Positions 1 to 14,134 of a stretch of DNA of 64,000 bases are shown here, in pieces. A program made the position numbers and the translations under genes. Source of the stretch: Eledone cirrhosa. Taxonomy: Eukaryota. How positions within the stretch are numbered: position 1 is the stretch's first letter; each line of letters opens with the position of its first letter. The DNA is taken from the NCBI GenBank assembly GCA_964016885.1, contig OZ024745.1, positions 30,938,001-31,002,000 of the forward strand, in the 5' to 3' direction. The notes under the pieces were generated by a model. It was given only the letters and a program-made list of their open reading frames with translations. It was not told the DNA's origin and ran no database searches.

Positions 1-249
1 CTTAACGTTTCGGATGCTGAGTCCTTCCTCAGAAGAAAGAATCAGAAATAAGATAGATTGAGGGGATGGACGGGTTGGAATTGGAAAAAATGTCTTTAGA
101 TAAAAATAACAGGTCCATTCATGTTGATATCTCTTGCAAAACTGTTGGTGCTGGCGTTTTGTGTATGATTTATGTTTTAGAAAAGTGGATGATGGAGTGC
201 ATCTTCCTGAAATGGCAAAAAAACCGTGCGTAAGCATATGTGTGTAAGC

Positions 250-320
<71 letters not shown>

Positions 321-2507
321 CGTCCGTACGAAGCTAAGAAGAAATGTGTGTGTATATGTAAGTAAAAGAGTGTGTATGCATGTAAGTACGAAGCTATGAG
401 CAAAAGTATGTTAATATAAGGGTGTGTAAGTGTGTATACAGAGCAGTGAAGGGAAAAGCGGAGTGAGCATATATAGTCGGTCTGTATTAATTGTAAGAGA
501 GGATGTTAATGATCATGAGAGAGCGATAGGAATCTAGGGATGAATTTACAAGCGCGTGTGATAATGGACGGGGTATTAAAGAAATTAGGGAGGTGAGTTG
601 AGTCCACGGGGGGAATAGGACACAAGGCGATGAATCAGACTCTGTTCAATCGTAGTGCGCGACGCCTGTGATCCATCATGTAAAGGGACACCCAAGACTG
701 AAACATGTAAGGAAGAGTGACCAGGAGAACAGAAATGACGGGCGACAGGAGTATCCAAACCGAGTCGAATGTCCCTCAAATGCTTAGCAAAACGGTTATC
801 TATACGGTGTCCTGTTTGTCCGATGTATAAAGACCCGCAAAGGGAACACCGGAGGGCATAGACAACGTGGGAAAGAAAGAAAGAAAGAAAGCAGTCGAGC
901 TGTTCTCGAGATAGAGAGGTGCGGCCGATACAGTCGTCGATATAACAACCGTATAACTCAGGAGTCGACCCAGCGTACTGAGAGAAGATCTGGGTTTCGA
1001 CGTAACCAACAAACAAGTTGGCATAATTTGGACCCATTCTGGTTCCCATCGCTACACCCAGAGACCTGCTGATAGCATTCACCCGAAAAGGAAAAGCTAT
1101 TGAGGGTGAGTACAAGCTCAGCCAGACGGAGAAGAGTGGTAGTGCTGGGTTATGGGGTAGGGCGTAAGTCTAAAAAATGTTGGAGAGCGTGGAGGCCGTC
1201 ATCGTCAGGGATGACAGTATAGAGAGAGGGTAAAGAGAAGGCGAGAGGGACCAGGAGGAAAGGAGAAGGAGATGAAGAGTATAAGGGCATGATTGGTATC
1301 GTGGATGTGGGAGGGGAGATTGACGACCAGTGTCTAAATATTCAGAAATTATCTCGGTGTGGCAGTTGGGAGGAAGTAGATGTTGGGTGTGCGAGGGGTG
1401 CGTACAATAAGGTTGGTGGCTGTGGGGGTAGGAGAGAGGGGGAGATGAGCTCGTGGATGGTGGAGGACACGAGTTGTTGGTCGCTAGGAGTGGGGTCGGA
1501 GGATAAAGGGCGGTAAAAGAGGGTATTGTGAAGCTGGCGGAGAGCCTCAGCCCTATAGAGGTCAACGCTCCAAACCACCACAACGCCACCTTTGTTGCGA
1601 AGGTTGCGAAGAGCTCAGTCCGCGTGATGTTAGAGCGACGAGAATGCTGGTGGAAACAGTACCGGTTCACAGTAAGCCGACAAATATCGACAAAGGAGTC
1701 GAGAGTGCTGAACTGGCCAGAGCTTGGTGTCCAATGTGATTGCCGGTGACTGAGACGAGTGAAGTCATCCGTCTGTGTCGATGATGGCGTGTCGTGAAAA
1801 AAAGCTTTCAGCTTTAATCGACGGAAGAACCCTTCAATCTCGACACGTGTGCGGAACTCGTCGCAGGTAGATGTGGTTGGTATAAGACGCAAACCACGGG
1901 CGAGGAGGGAGGGCTTAGCTTCAGAGAGTGGTAGGTCCTGGGGTATGGTGACTACAGGGCAGGGACGTGAGGGAATGAAAGAGACGGAAGTGGAGAGGTT
2001 AAGGTGGTTGGGCAAAGCGTGTGCAGATTCAGTGGTGGGGAGAGGAAAGGAGGTGGTAAGTGACGGGATAGAGGGGTTAGAGTTGGAGGTAATATGAGTA
2101 TGGGTGATGACGGGAGGCGGGGAGTGGAGTGGGTTGAGTTTGTGGTTTTTTATGGAAGTGAGGAAATTAAAAAGGAGGCGATTGAGGTAAAGGATGAATT
2201 GGATAAGGGATTGGGTGAGGAAAGGGTGGCAAGTAGAGGAGAGATGGAGGTAGGCCTTGGGGGGATCTCGGTTGAGAGAACGGATTTGGGCAAGACTTGA
2301 TCAAATGGTCGCCCGCATGAGCTGGCGAGAGGAATGGGTAAGGATGGGCTCAGTGGTGGGAGAAAAGTAAGAGGTGGGGTGGAACTTGAGGCGGAAACCG
2401 CGGGGAATGAGGTGGTGGTAGAGACAGAGACTTAAAAGGTAATGAGACTGATGTATTTTGTTTTGGTGAAGATGAGGCTGGAGAGGTGCAGTACTACACA
2501 CAGACAA
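1..2507 (-). mobile_element. Degenerate Penelope-like retroelement (probably Neptune-type): N-terminal region, RT remnant, GIY-YIG endonuclease and 3' UTR
   Basis: ORF 585-1115 has RT motifs GVAMGTRMGPNYANLFVG...YIDD joined directly to GIY-YIG VVYALRCSLCGSLYIGQTG...RFAKH...GLN. ORF 1170-2015 has the PLE N-terminal signature LPLSEAKPSLLARGLRLIP...FFRRLKLKAFF. Frameshifted, with internal deletions. Confidence 0.9.
3..38 (-). ncRNA. Hammerhead ribozyme core in the PLE 3' pLTR, cut by the window edge
   Basis: Minus strand reads CTGAGGA-A-GGA ctcagca TCC-GAAA-CGTTA, downstream of the GIY-YIG ORF. Stem I 3' strand lies outside the window. Confidence 0.7.
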
Positions 2508-2589
2508 GGAATCTAATCCTCCATTCTAACAATCCATCGCCCTTGTTTTATATATCATGTCTGTCACAAGCCCTAAGGCTTGTGTACAA

Positions 2590-2742
2590 GATTTCCCCCT
2601 GGACTTCACGCCACTCAATCGCAGAGTTAAACCCCCAGTTATTACTGAGTGTACTGGAACAACGTGAAATGAAGTGTTTTGTTTAAGAATACAACAGACA
2701 ACCCGATCCTGGAATCGAACCCATGACATGACGATCGTAATT
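2590..2742 (-). mobile_element. tRNA-derived SINE fragment
   Basis: Minus strand has a B-box-like GGGTTCGATTCC followed by ATTTCACGTTGTTCCAGT. Related copies at ~13020, ~38145 and ~53060. Confidence 0.6.
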
Positions 2743-3803
2743 TAATACAGGATCACAATGTCAACCACATAGTTTTAGTTATATCTACAGTGTTTGGAAT
2801 AAACCTCAGCTCTACAAGCTAACGAAACGCTGGTCATTTTTACGGAGTTGCTCTGATGTTCCTGAGGAACTATTTCATTTTGTGGTATGGTGGTATCTAC
2901 GTATAGCAAGGGGAGAAGATTAAGAATTTTGTTGTGCATCCATTGGCTAGTTGTTGATTCAACTGTCTTCATTTCTCGGTGACTCCAAAACATGTATGGA
3001 TGTCATGATATGATTGATACAGTTTGCCAGTCGTCTACCAGCTCTACACTAACTTCGTTAATGACGTTAGAATTACCGCTGATAGCTTTTCCGCGTTCGT
3101 CTACATCTAATACTTTTGCAATAATTCAACTAATGAGGGCGATGAGTAGCAAAAATGCTGAAGTAGTAAACTATTTTTGTCGTCTTTGTAACGCTCTTAA
3201 TTTAAATCGGGAGTCGCAAACTCAAGGACTCAAAAGGGCCATTATCCCTTGGTGAAGAGGCGCAACAGGACAAAAGTGAGATGAGGGGGTGCTGAAATCC
3301 ACCAATTATTCTGCCAATCTGCAATACAGCTCATAGGCTGTTTGGGTTGTTTTTTTTCTTTTCATCAAAATAAATCCGCATATGAGGTCAGTGGGATATG
3401 TGAATTGGCACAAAATTTAGTGGAGTGGGGGATTTCTACTTCAAATGTTCTGCTTTGGGCCATAAAAAAGAAGTTAATTTATCTCATGCTGGGGTCGATA
3501 AAATAAATACTTACAATATATGTAATATATTGCAACAATATTATCAAATATACGCCCGAGTAGTTCAGAGAAGAATATGTCCGCGATCTGGTCATATTCG
3601 ATCATCACAACTCCATTTATCTTTCATCTAAATGAAATGCATTGTTCTCATTTTCTGGTGGATTTTATGACATGCGTGTGTGTGGTTATGAAACAGTAAC
3701 TCTGCACTCCCGGTCTAGCTACACTTCGTGACACTTAGGGAAATGAAATCGTTTAAATTTAATGAAAAATCGAGGGTGGTGACTATGAAATAACTACGAT
3801 CAA

Positions 3804-4200
<397 letters not shown>

Positions 4201-4217
4201 ATATATATATATATATA

Positions 4218-4417
4218 GGTAAGTTATTCTGGGTTGAATCGGAGGTAACCACAGTAAGTAAGGTACTCAATATACATAGCAGAGTATAAAAGTTTTAATA
4301 TAGATGAGATTCTACAGGACTAGAACTGTTGCATTCTTTAGAAATCATCATGATTCCTGATGATTTCTAAAGAATGAAACAGTTCTAGTCCTGTAGAATC
4401 TCATCTATATTAAAACT
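4218..4417. mobile_element. Fold-back PLE-end insertion with a complete hammerhead
   Basis: Palindrome 4291-4417 centred at 4354 with 2 mismatches. Tail 4218-4290. (TA)n on both flanks. Confidence 0.75.
4352..4400 (+). ncRNA. Type I hammerhead ribozyme
   Basis: Stem I GATTC/GAATC. Core CTGATGA at 4357. Stem II TTCT/AGAA. GAAA at 4376. Stem III ACAG/CTGT. Predicted cut after GUA at 4395. Confidence 0.85.
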
Positions 4418-4469
4418 ATATATATATATCTTATCCTTATTCGCCCACTTATTCCTCAGAGAGTTGAGA

Positions 4470-5190
4470 GGGTAGAGTCCTCAGACTGGATAGGACCTTC
4501 CAGAGGCAACCGTCTCCAATTGATCCTTTCAACAAACTCGTTGGAAGGTAGCACTTCCCTTTCCACCCTGATTTTTCTCTTCAGGTAAAATTTGCAAAAA
4601 TTAATCAAGGCTTCACCGCCGTAGAAAGTGCTTGCCTTCAATCCTTTTGAAGGTGTCCACCACACGACTTCATTCGCCATGGCCACCAGACAGATCTAAC
4701 CTCCCAGTCTTTCTTTGCTGAAGGAAGGCAGTGGAGCGATCTTCATGGGGGATTAAACTGATAGCTGGATCCGTTCTACACGTGACAGCAGATGTTACAC
4801 ATAAATTCACAAGTCAGCAATCCTTGGACACATGAGGAGTGCGTGTAGGACGGTTTCCTCGTCCTGCACACATCTCGGACGGACCTGATAGGCGGCATTT
4901 CCATGCCTGTAGATTTTTTCACGAACTAGTAAAGCTCCCTAGTAGCACTGCCAGGTCAGGGAATTTGTAATTTATGCATGAGCCCTGCGCCGTATGTCCT
5001 CCGGAAAAGTGTGGCTAACTGATTTCCGTCGACGCCCAAGAGACCGCCCCTCTCAAGAACGTAGTCACTTTTACTCACCACTAACCCTCTAGAGAACGCC
5101 AGCGTGGAGTTTCCACCGATCGCTCTGCCAAATTGGCTGAGGATTGTGAGCACTTGTGAGGATTGTGACATTTTAGTTTCTAGGCATTCC
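4470..5190 (-). mobile_element. L1/Tx1-like LINE ORF2 C-terminal remnant
   Basis: Minus-strand translation gives WQCY*GAL...CVQDEETVLHALLMCPRIADL (zf-RVT-type Cys/His motif) and MANEVVWWT...KRKIRVERE. Contains stops and frameshifts. Confidence 0.7.
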
Positions 5191-5228
5191 TTCTCGGACC
5201 CGAACTGCAGCTGTCATGGAGCTCCTGA

Positions 5229-5287
<59 letters not shown>

Positions 5288-5292
5288 TCACC

Positions 5293-5351
<59 letters not shown>

Positions 5352-5352
5352 A
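5229..5352. repeat. (ACT)n/(ACC)n trinucleotide microsatellite
   Basis: Read directly. Confidence 0.95.
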
Positions 5353-5423
5353 TGTATCTCCAACGAAAGATGCTGCCATCCATTTCACATCAGTTTATTT
5401 ATGTTTTTTCTCTTAATCGTCAG

Positions 5424-5537
5424 ACTAAGTTGGAGACGGATCCTAGAGCGGTATGGAGAGCTTATGGTAACCAAGGTAACGTTTGGATAAAAGCACGTCT
5501 ATCAATTCCGATAAACCTCGCCAAAACCGGATATAGG
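5424..5537 (+). CDS. Penultimate coding exon of a MAM-domain protein gene
   Basis: Acceptor ttttttctcttaatcgtcag and donor AGG|gtaagt. 114 bp, phase 0/0. Encodes TKLETDPRAVWRAYGNQGNVWIKARLSIPINLAKTGYR, matching the MAM W...G.QG..W..A motif. Confidence 0.85.
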
Positions 5538-6336
5538 GTAAGTTGCTAATCTTAGGATTACACATTATGTCTTATCGTTGTCGGTGTTGCTCTTGTTGTC
5601 GTTGCTGTTGTTTTTGTTGTTGCTGGTGGTGGTGGTGGTGTTGTCGTTGTTGTTTTATTTGTTTCTATCGTTGGTGTTGTTGTCACTGCTGCTGCTCTTG
5701 CTGATGCTGTTGTTATTGTTGTTATCGTCGTCGTCGTTGTTATTGTTGCTGCTGTTGGTCTATTCGTTCCAGTAAAGAGCTGGAACCAATACTAAAATGT
5801 ATCTCACCCGACTCTTTATTTTATTGACCTGATGTTAGTAGTGCAAACACATGAATGAACACAAATCGTTTCCTGTTTGAAATGTATTTAATACTTCCTG
5901 ATTAAATTTTAAAAAAACGGATTTATATCAAATAAAAATGACAATATATGGAGTATGATGAAAGGAGTTTTATTATTTATTTTTAGGGGAGGTTATTCTT
6001 CGTTACTTTTATTAGTCTTTAGTTCCTTTGATATAAAGATGCAGTCGAAATAGTATGAACATCCAATAAATATCAAGTTTAGTTCCTGGTGATATTGATA
6101 GGCGTTTAGGGTTTACATTTCATTTTATAGCTCAAAACAGCTTTGAAGAGAAATCAATTAAATAATTGTTTCTACGTTAGGCACAAGGCCAGCAATTACT
6201 CAGTGCATTTCTGGTACTTTATTTTATCGACCCCGTAAGGATGAAAGGCAAAGTTAACCTCAAAGAAATCAATTAAATAATGAATGTGAAGTAGGTGATT
6301 ATGGGAACTTCGATACTGCACCGCAGTTCTCTCTCG

Positions 6337-6447
<111 letters not shown>

Positions 6448-7927
6448 AGAAATGTTTACGCCCACACATAGATGCAATGAACTTTTCCGGCTAGTTTCGT
6501 ATACATATCTTATGTTTTGCTTTAACCTTTTTGATACCAAGGCACCATAAATCATCACTGGCTCTAATATACAAAACTTTATTTTAAAGTCTTTATATTT
6601 ATCTAAAACCTTCCATAATAATTTTATCTAAGAATTTTGGCTTAATTCTTGGTTATTTTTATTTTTCAAACTTATTTGAAAATCATACACAATGTTTTTC
6701 ATTGGAAATATGCTAACGAAAAGGTTAATTCTGCATCCTAAGTTCAAAATTATTCATGTTAAATTTTCGTCTATTTTGAATATTCAGCTATTTAGGAAAT
6801 TGAATTAATCCAACAAGCGCAACCTTATAGTTATAAAACAAACCATCCTGTTAAGAACTTTCTATTGTATTTTAGCCATATATTTTCTTCATATAAATGC
6901 CATTCTTCATTTCCCAACAGTCTTAGAATAGAGTTTTCTGAATAAAACTAGGATTAATAAGTGCAGTCACAACATGATGCATACATTTCCGTGTGCGTAA
7001 TGTTTGTGTTTGTATGTGTGGTAGTCCGTATCTACATGTGATGATACCCAGGTAACCAATCTACGCTGACTACCTCAAGTACTATTTTCAGCTTGCCTTC
7101 AAATTCATCTCCGCCTCATGCAAACACACAAAGGTTTTACACCGATATAACATTAAAATTATTTAATATTTCTCTATTTATATTTCTCTCTTCCCTAGCC
7201 CCCCCCCCTCTCTCTCTCGCACTCACCCCCTCTCATTCTCTCTACATCTCGCTCTCTTTCTTTCCGTCCCTATCTATCTATATATATATATATATATAGT
7301 TGAAAATTGCAAACTTGACTGTCACCACAGAATATGAACCTAAAGATTGCGAAAGCATGAAAGTACTTGTTCAATTAACACTTAACATTTAATATTCTAC
7401 CATACTATTTCATTCTAATACCATTATAAATTTTAAAGGATTGTAAATAAAACGAGTAAATCAGACAAAGTTGGAATTCCTTTTATTAATATAATCTTCT
7501 ATACACAATCATACACACCCCTGTATATTTATTTATAAATGAAGTAATTCCGTCGGAAAGGTCCAGGAAAAAAGAGTATTCTATGTAGGTTACAGAGCTT
7601 AGTAGTTATGTAATAAACAACATAAGATAATTATTTCATTTACCAGTGGTTTCTTGAAAGCAAACAAATCTGCTTTCAGACATCAGAATGAAAAAATCCT
7701 GGTGTTTTTATTGAATGTGGAATTTGAAAACAAAAATATAAGGAATATGAAAGAGAGGCTGAAGGAAGAAAAGAAAAAGATAATAAATATATAAGTATAT
7801 AAACACACACAAACACACACACACACACACATATACATATATATTTATCAGTATATATACACATAAATATACATAAATATACACATAAATACACAAACAC
7901 ACACATATATACATATATATATATATG

Positions 7928-7959
<32 letters not shown>

Positions 7960-8027
7960 GATGTATGTATGTATATATATATATGTGTATCTATATGTAT
8001 ATATATGTATGTATATATATATGTATG

Positions 8028-8058
<31 letters not shown>

Positions 8059-8212
8059 GTATGTATATGTATCTATGTATATATATATGTATGTATATAT
8101 GGAATACTATTGTCTTTTTGCTACAATATTTTCTATACCTTTCATTTATATATGTATGTATATATATATATATATGTATGTATATTTATATATATATATA
8201 TATGTATGTATG

Positions 8213-8244
<32 letters not shown>

Positions 8245-8304
8245 TATGTATGTATGCATATATCTATATATGTATATATATATATGTATGTATATATATA
8301 TATT

Positions 8305-8401
<97 letters not shown>

Positions 8402-8431
8402 TACGGATATTACCTTCCAGTGTTCTGCATA

Positions 8432-8482
<51 letters not shown>

Positions 8483-9386
8483 ATAATAATAAATGTGAAG
8501 ACTAAAATACGAAGAGGGTTCGATAAGGATAATTTATATGTAAAAATATATTTTAAAAAACATAGAGCAAATATTTATTAAAATAACAGATTAAAGTTTA
8601 AGCAAAGAATCACTGCTTTCACCCTTAACTGGGTCTTCTGAAACTAAAAAAAACAGTCTGTGAACGCATAAGTAAATATTTCGAAAAACGTTGCAACCGA
8701 AGGAAAACAGGAAGACGATACTTTGGGGTTTTATTCCGTCTATTTCCAGGGAACGCCTTCACCCGTATAGCGGGCAAACATTTAGTGGTATCTACGTCCT
8801 AAGGGGAAGTATATATCTATGAAGGCTAAAAAATGTTTGCCTACATTAGTTTTTACATTCAGGGAGAAAGGAGAGGGAAACCAGATTTTAGATCCTTTTC
8901 TAGATTTTTTAAAAATTAGATTTAGGAGAACGGTCCGTAGAGAAGTAGGTGTTCTCTAAGAAGCCATAATTACTTTATATGTTTATTAAATCATTAAATG
9001 ACTTTCAGGTATCCAAATAAACGGAATACTACTAATTTGGCGAACAAAATATGTCAACTCAAGGACATGAACAAAAAATTCCCTATTAAATAGAAGATAC
9101 TTGAACAATCTCGGACATTATAAATGGGCTCAAAGTTTGCAGGTTGACTTTGCCTTTCATCCTGACGGGGTCGATAAAATAAAGTACCAGTAATGCACTG
9201 GGTAATTGCTGGCCTTGTGCCTAAAGTAGAAACAATTATATATATATATAATGAAACACACACACATATTCATATGTGTGTCTGTGGTGTCCGCCTTAAC
9301 GAGTTTTTCTCGATGCCCGAAAGAGCTAAAATGATCAAAATAATTAAAATAACTCAATAATCAGAGCTATTTATCAAATTACAAAA

Positions 9387-9680
<294 letters not shown>

Positions 9681-9890
9681 TTCATATATATATACGGGCA
9701 TTTATATGACTATGTGTGCGTGCATGTGTGTACGTGTGTCAATAGGTTCGCTGATGTACGAGCAGGTGTAAGTGTGAGCATGTGTGAGTATAAGAGGGTG
9801 TGTGTATGTGTCACTCTTTGCAGTTAATTTTGTAACTGTCTCTTTATATATATACACACACACATATATATATATACATACCACACACAT

Positions 9891-9927
<37 letters not shown>

Positions 9928-12269
9928 CATACATGCTGGTTTATGAGTCTCTACGTGCAAGTCTATCGCCTGTTTTCCCCTTTTATTCTTCATATATTTG
10001 TGTACAAATATGTACTCGATCTATTTGCAGACTAATTTGTTCTTGCGTAATTATAAACACGTGCATACTGAAATACGTTGTTAGTTTACTCAGTACATTT
10101 ATTTGTTACTCTAATATGTAAAACAACTTTGTTACACGGTCCACTGAGTCAGCTGCCATGTGGTTGCCGCTCAACCTGTTAAAAATGGTAGCAAAATCTC
10201 CCACGTAACCCATCATACACACTTAGAAAAGGAAACACGCGTTAGATAATGTATACAAAAAAGACTGGCTGGTCATAATTGAAAGCCTTTGATCATAACT
10301 ATGCTTGAACAGAACTGACCTGGGGCTAAGCACGAACAGCAACAACAACTTTGGCTACACAGTCCTCAGAGGAAGCATGTACATGAAAATAACAAGTTAG
10401 TGGTTGAGCATTCTCTTGACGCGTGTACCCTTAATTCTCAGGAATATTCAGTATGACACAATGTGTGACTTTGAATTACAGGTACAATTCATCCGACAGA
10501 CTTCCAAATAGTTTCTATCTACCCTAGGCACTGGTCCACGATGCCCCCTAGTGGGATCGAACCCGGCACATAACGATTAGGAAGCGAACTTCTTAACAAT
10601 TCGACCATGGTGCATTGAGAGGCATAGTAATGACGCAACAGAAACAGATTTTTACTCGTCCTCTAAGGGACCAAAATTGGTGTCAGACGAAATAGATTTT
10701 CGATTCAACCGATAGAAGTGAAATTAAGAATGGCATTTAGTTGTCATAAGGATTGATGGCATGATGCCGTCCTACATAGATAATTGTTTGTCTTATCCTA
10801 ACATTCCTGCCACTTCGAAAGATTATATAACACACCAAGCAATTAATTATACACCAGGAAGCTCATCATATAATTACAGAACACAGCATGTAATCAACTA
10901 ATTATAAAACATACCACATAGTTAATTATTCTATGTAGTTAATTTTATATGCGAAAATATCTCCTAAGAGACTTTGGCTCAACTTTAGATCAGACGTTTA
11001 GAACAAAACTAGAAATTTGAAAACACTGAAATCCTAACACAAAATGGTTTAAATGGGTAAAATACCCATAAGGACGGAAAATAAGTGTACAGCAACCACA
11101 ACAGTCATTCTGTATTTAATATTTTAACATTTCAAATATTACAAATGGGGGAAAAGCTAGTTATTTCTTCATATAAACTTTTGGTAATTGATTACAAAAA
11201 TAAAACATGAGACGTAGGGTGGGGTATAACTAGAATCTCAGGAAACTAGTGTTAGTGAAAAAAACGTTGCTGCAGTGAAATATATAAACTTATTTCAGTC
11301 CCTTCGAGAGGTGGCTCATCATTATTTATTTTATTAATAACGTGATGGAGTTGCATATTGTCCGACGCTCTCCCGACACTGTCAACCCCCACCCCACCAT
11401 ATCATATATTTATATATAATAAACATATGAAAGTCTCGCTATGAATGTTTTAAGCTGTGATCATATCACAGCTCTCTTAATAGCCAGTGAAAATGCCCGA
11501 CTCCTATTTCTGGATTTGAAACTATAATGAACCGGGCGAGTTGTTAACATATTTGACTGTCGATCGAAGTGTACTTATTCGTATCCTATCATCGATGTTA
11601 ACACTGAGGTCATCAACAAGATACTTAACTCAAAAACGCTTTCATTTATTTATCTGTAAGTAGGAATCATATATATTTACATCTAACCACTATTAAGAAC
11701 GAATACAGCATGTAATTTGTGTATAATTCGTCAGATTTTAGTGCTTACGTTAAACCCTACCCGTGAGAGTTCTGGATCCCGCCAGGCTGACATTTACCCT
11801 AGATGCTTTATGTGGAACTCACTTAACATCTGATATTAATTAATTAGACTTACTTTAAAATCCTGGCTTTTTTTCGTTTGTCATGAAAATGGGAATTAAG
11901 CTGTCCCGTTGGTGGCCAACGTTATGTGGGGCAAATTATCAGCGAATCGTGACCGCAATGCAATTTTCAATCCCGGCTGGAGACAACATAAACTCTTTCC
12001 AAAAATGATATTTATATTGTTCATCTTTTCTTTTCTCACCATGCTAATTGCATAACTTTCTATTAGATCCTACATTAAACAGTATTCTTCAAACACTCTC
12101 CACTCGAATAATTTCGCCCCGCCACTTTTCAAGTTAACTCAAAAAATGCCCCCATATATGTTTACTTCCATCCATGATTAAAATTTTACTAATTTGTGAT
12201 TTATCGAAGCACATGGATGACTTGAAATTTGAAATGTTGGAATCAAAACGCAGAAATTGCTATAAATAA

Positions 12270-12450
12270 TAATTGTTTCTACATTTGGCACAAGGCCAGC
12301 AATTACTCAGTACATTACTGGTACTTTATTTTATCGACCCCGTATGGATGAAAGGCAAAGTTAACCTCGGCGGGATTTGAACTCAGACTGTAAAGGGACG
12401 TAACTATGCTAGAAATCATGGCGTCCAACCCTCTACCGATACTGCCAATA
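12270..12450 (-). mobile_element. tRNA-type SINE (abundant family)
   Basis: Reverse complement of the near-identical copy at 12765-12952. B-box-like GAGTTCAAATCCC. Confidence 0.8.
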
Positions 12451-12764
12451 GCTTCAGAAAATTGGATAAAATACAACCAGGTACATTTCTCTGTAATGGT
12501 TGCGATTTTCTAAGGCTATTATTATTTATAGTGATTTCTGTGTTTGGATTCCAACATTTCAAATATATTGATTTATGCATGCATGGTCCTGTAACTCTTG
12601 CAGTTGACCAGAGCTGAAATATATTCTGACCCAGGGAAAGAAAAGCAAATCTTTTAGATAAAGATTTAACTATATTATGTAATTGGGGTGACTAGAAGTG
12701 GTCGTCAGACATTGCAAGGCCTAGAATTTACAGACAGATTTTCTAAATGGTTGTAAATTTATGG

Positions 12765-12952
12765 GGCGGTGGATTGGCAGTATCGGTAGAGAGACGGACG
12801 CCATGCTTTCCAGCATAGTTACGTCCCTTTACGGTCTGAGTTCAAATCCCGCCGAGGTTAACTTTGCCTTTCATCCTTACGGGGTCGATAAAATAAAGTA
12901 CCAGTAATGTACTGAGTAATTGCTGGCCTTGTGCCAAATGTAGAAACAATTA
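12765..12952 (+). mobile_element. tRNA-type SINE (abundant family)
   Basis: GGCGGTGGATTGGCAG...CTGAGTTCAAATCCCGCCGAGGTTAACTTTGCCTTTCATCCTTACGGGGTCGATAAAATAAAGTACCAG. Further copies or fragments at ~6165(-), ~9135(+), ~13380(+), ~21050(+), ~26305(+), ~37635(+), ~39030(-), ~41280(+), ~41735(+), ~44000(-), ~58800(-) and ~61150(+). Confidence 0.8.
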
Positions 12953-14134
12953 ATATATATTATCATTTTTTTTTTGTTATGTTTTGTATTATAAATAGAA
13001 TTTGGAATTTGACTCCAGACTTAGTGGTTAGAGCGTTGGATTCACAATCATGAGTGAGTTCGATTCCCGGACCTGGCGGTGCGTTGTGTCTTTCACGTTG
13101 CTCCAGTTCCAATTAGCTGGAAATGAGTTCCGACGTCACTGGTGCCAAGCTGTATCAGCCTTTGACTTTACCTTGGACAACATTGGTGGTGTAGTGAGGG
13201 GAGATTTGCATGCTTGGGCAACTGCTGATCTTCCATGAAAACACCTTTCCCGGGATTGTGCTTCAGGTTAGAACGTTCGCAAAATGGGTCTTAAGATCGT
13301 AGATCATAGACAAAAAGAGCCGTAAAGTTAGGAAACATCAAAACTAGAAACAATATTCATAGAATAATTTGGGGTATTCGTTTCGGCTCTCTACTCTCTG
13401 AATTCAAATATCACCAAGGTCAACTTTGCCTTTCATCCATTCGAGGTCGATAAAAATAGGTACCAGTCTAGTACTGGAATCGATTCTTCTTCTATATCCT
13501 TTTTTCACTCTCTATCCTTCCCTGAAATAAATCTTCGATATTCATACCTGGTAAAATGCCCTAGAAACACCGTGTGTCAATACAACGCCCTAAGTCTGTC
13601 TCGGGAGTTACGGGACTATGTATGCAATAACTTGATAAAATATAGTAGCAATTATAGTAAAACCAATATTGACAACAATTGCAGACTTTGTACATAGATG
13701 ATGGTGGTAATCGTCTCTGGATGAAGTTCTCATTGAAAGCATGTTTAGATATTTTCATGTGTCGGAAGTTACGAGGATAAATAACACCATGATTGGCCGT
13801 CATAATTACTATTGATATCCTAATTAGTACCTTCTCTTATTTGTGATTTATTTCTTGTTTTACGAGCTTTGAACATGACATTTGTAGTACCAATATATCA
13901 GTTGATGCCTATTTGTATCTATATAAATGTTGATAATATTGTTATAACTATATTATTATTTTCTTAATTATTTCTTAATTAAATCATAATTAATTTCTTA
14001 ATTATTTCTTACCAAATTATATTTCATACAAAATAATAATACTGTTAAAATCAGATGATTTCTACTCTTATTATAAAACATTTCATCATCTAATTATTCT
14101 AAATCTAATATTCCATTACATATTCTCTTTACAG

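Noticed and set aside
2780-3200. Possible pogo/Tigger transposase remnant on the minus strand
   Set aside because: Only vague similarity (ELVDDW, GLF) across frameshifts. Cannot support without an HMM search.
7278-7370. TTGAAAA...TTGCGAAAG hammerhead-like motif
   Set aside because: No stem I or convincing stem III/NUH.
7676-8581. Long YI/CV/HT-repeat ORFs here and at 14774-15130, 49752-51340, 56983-58102 and elsewhere
   Set aside because: Translations of (TA)n/(GT)n microsatellites, which lack stops. Not genes.
8600-8645. Minus-strand CAGAAGA-CCC...GGGT-GAAAG motif
   Set aside because: Core U4 mutated and stems I and III not closable. At best a decayed relic.
11460-11620. Possible PLE RT-thumb remnant (ENARLLFLDL)
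   Set aside because: Single short motif. Insufficient evidence.
13015-13090. tRNA gene candidates (A/B-box-like), also at 38145 and 53060
   Set aside because: No complete cloverleaf and followed by SINE body. These are SINE heads.
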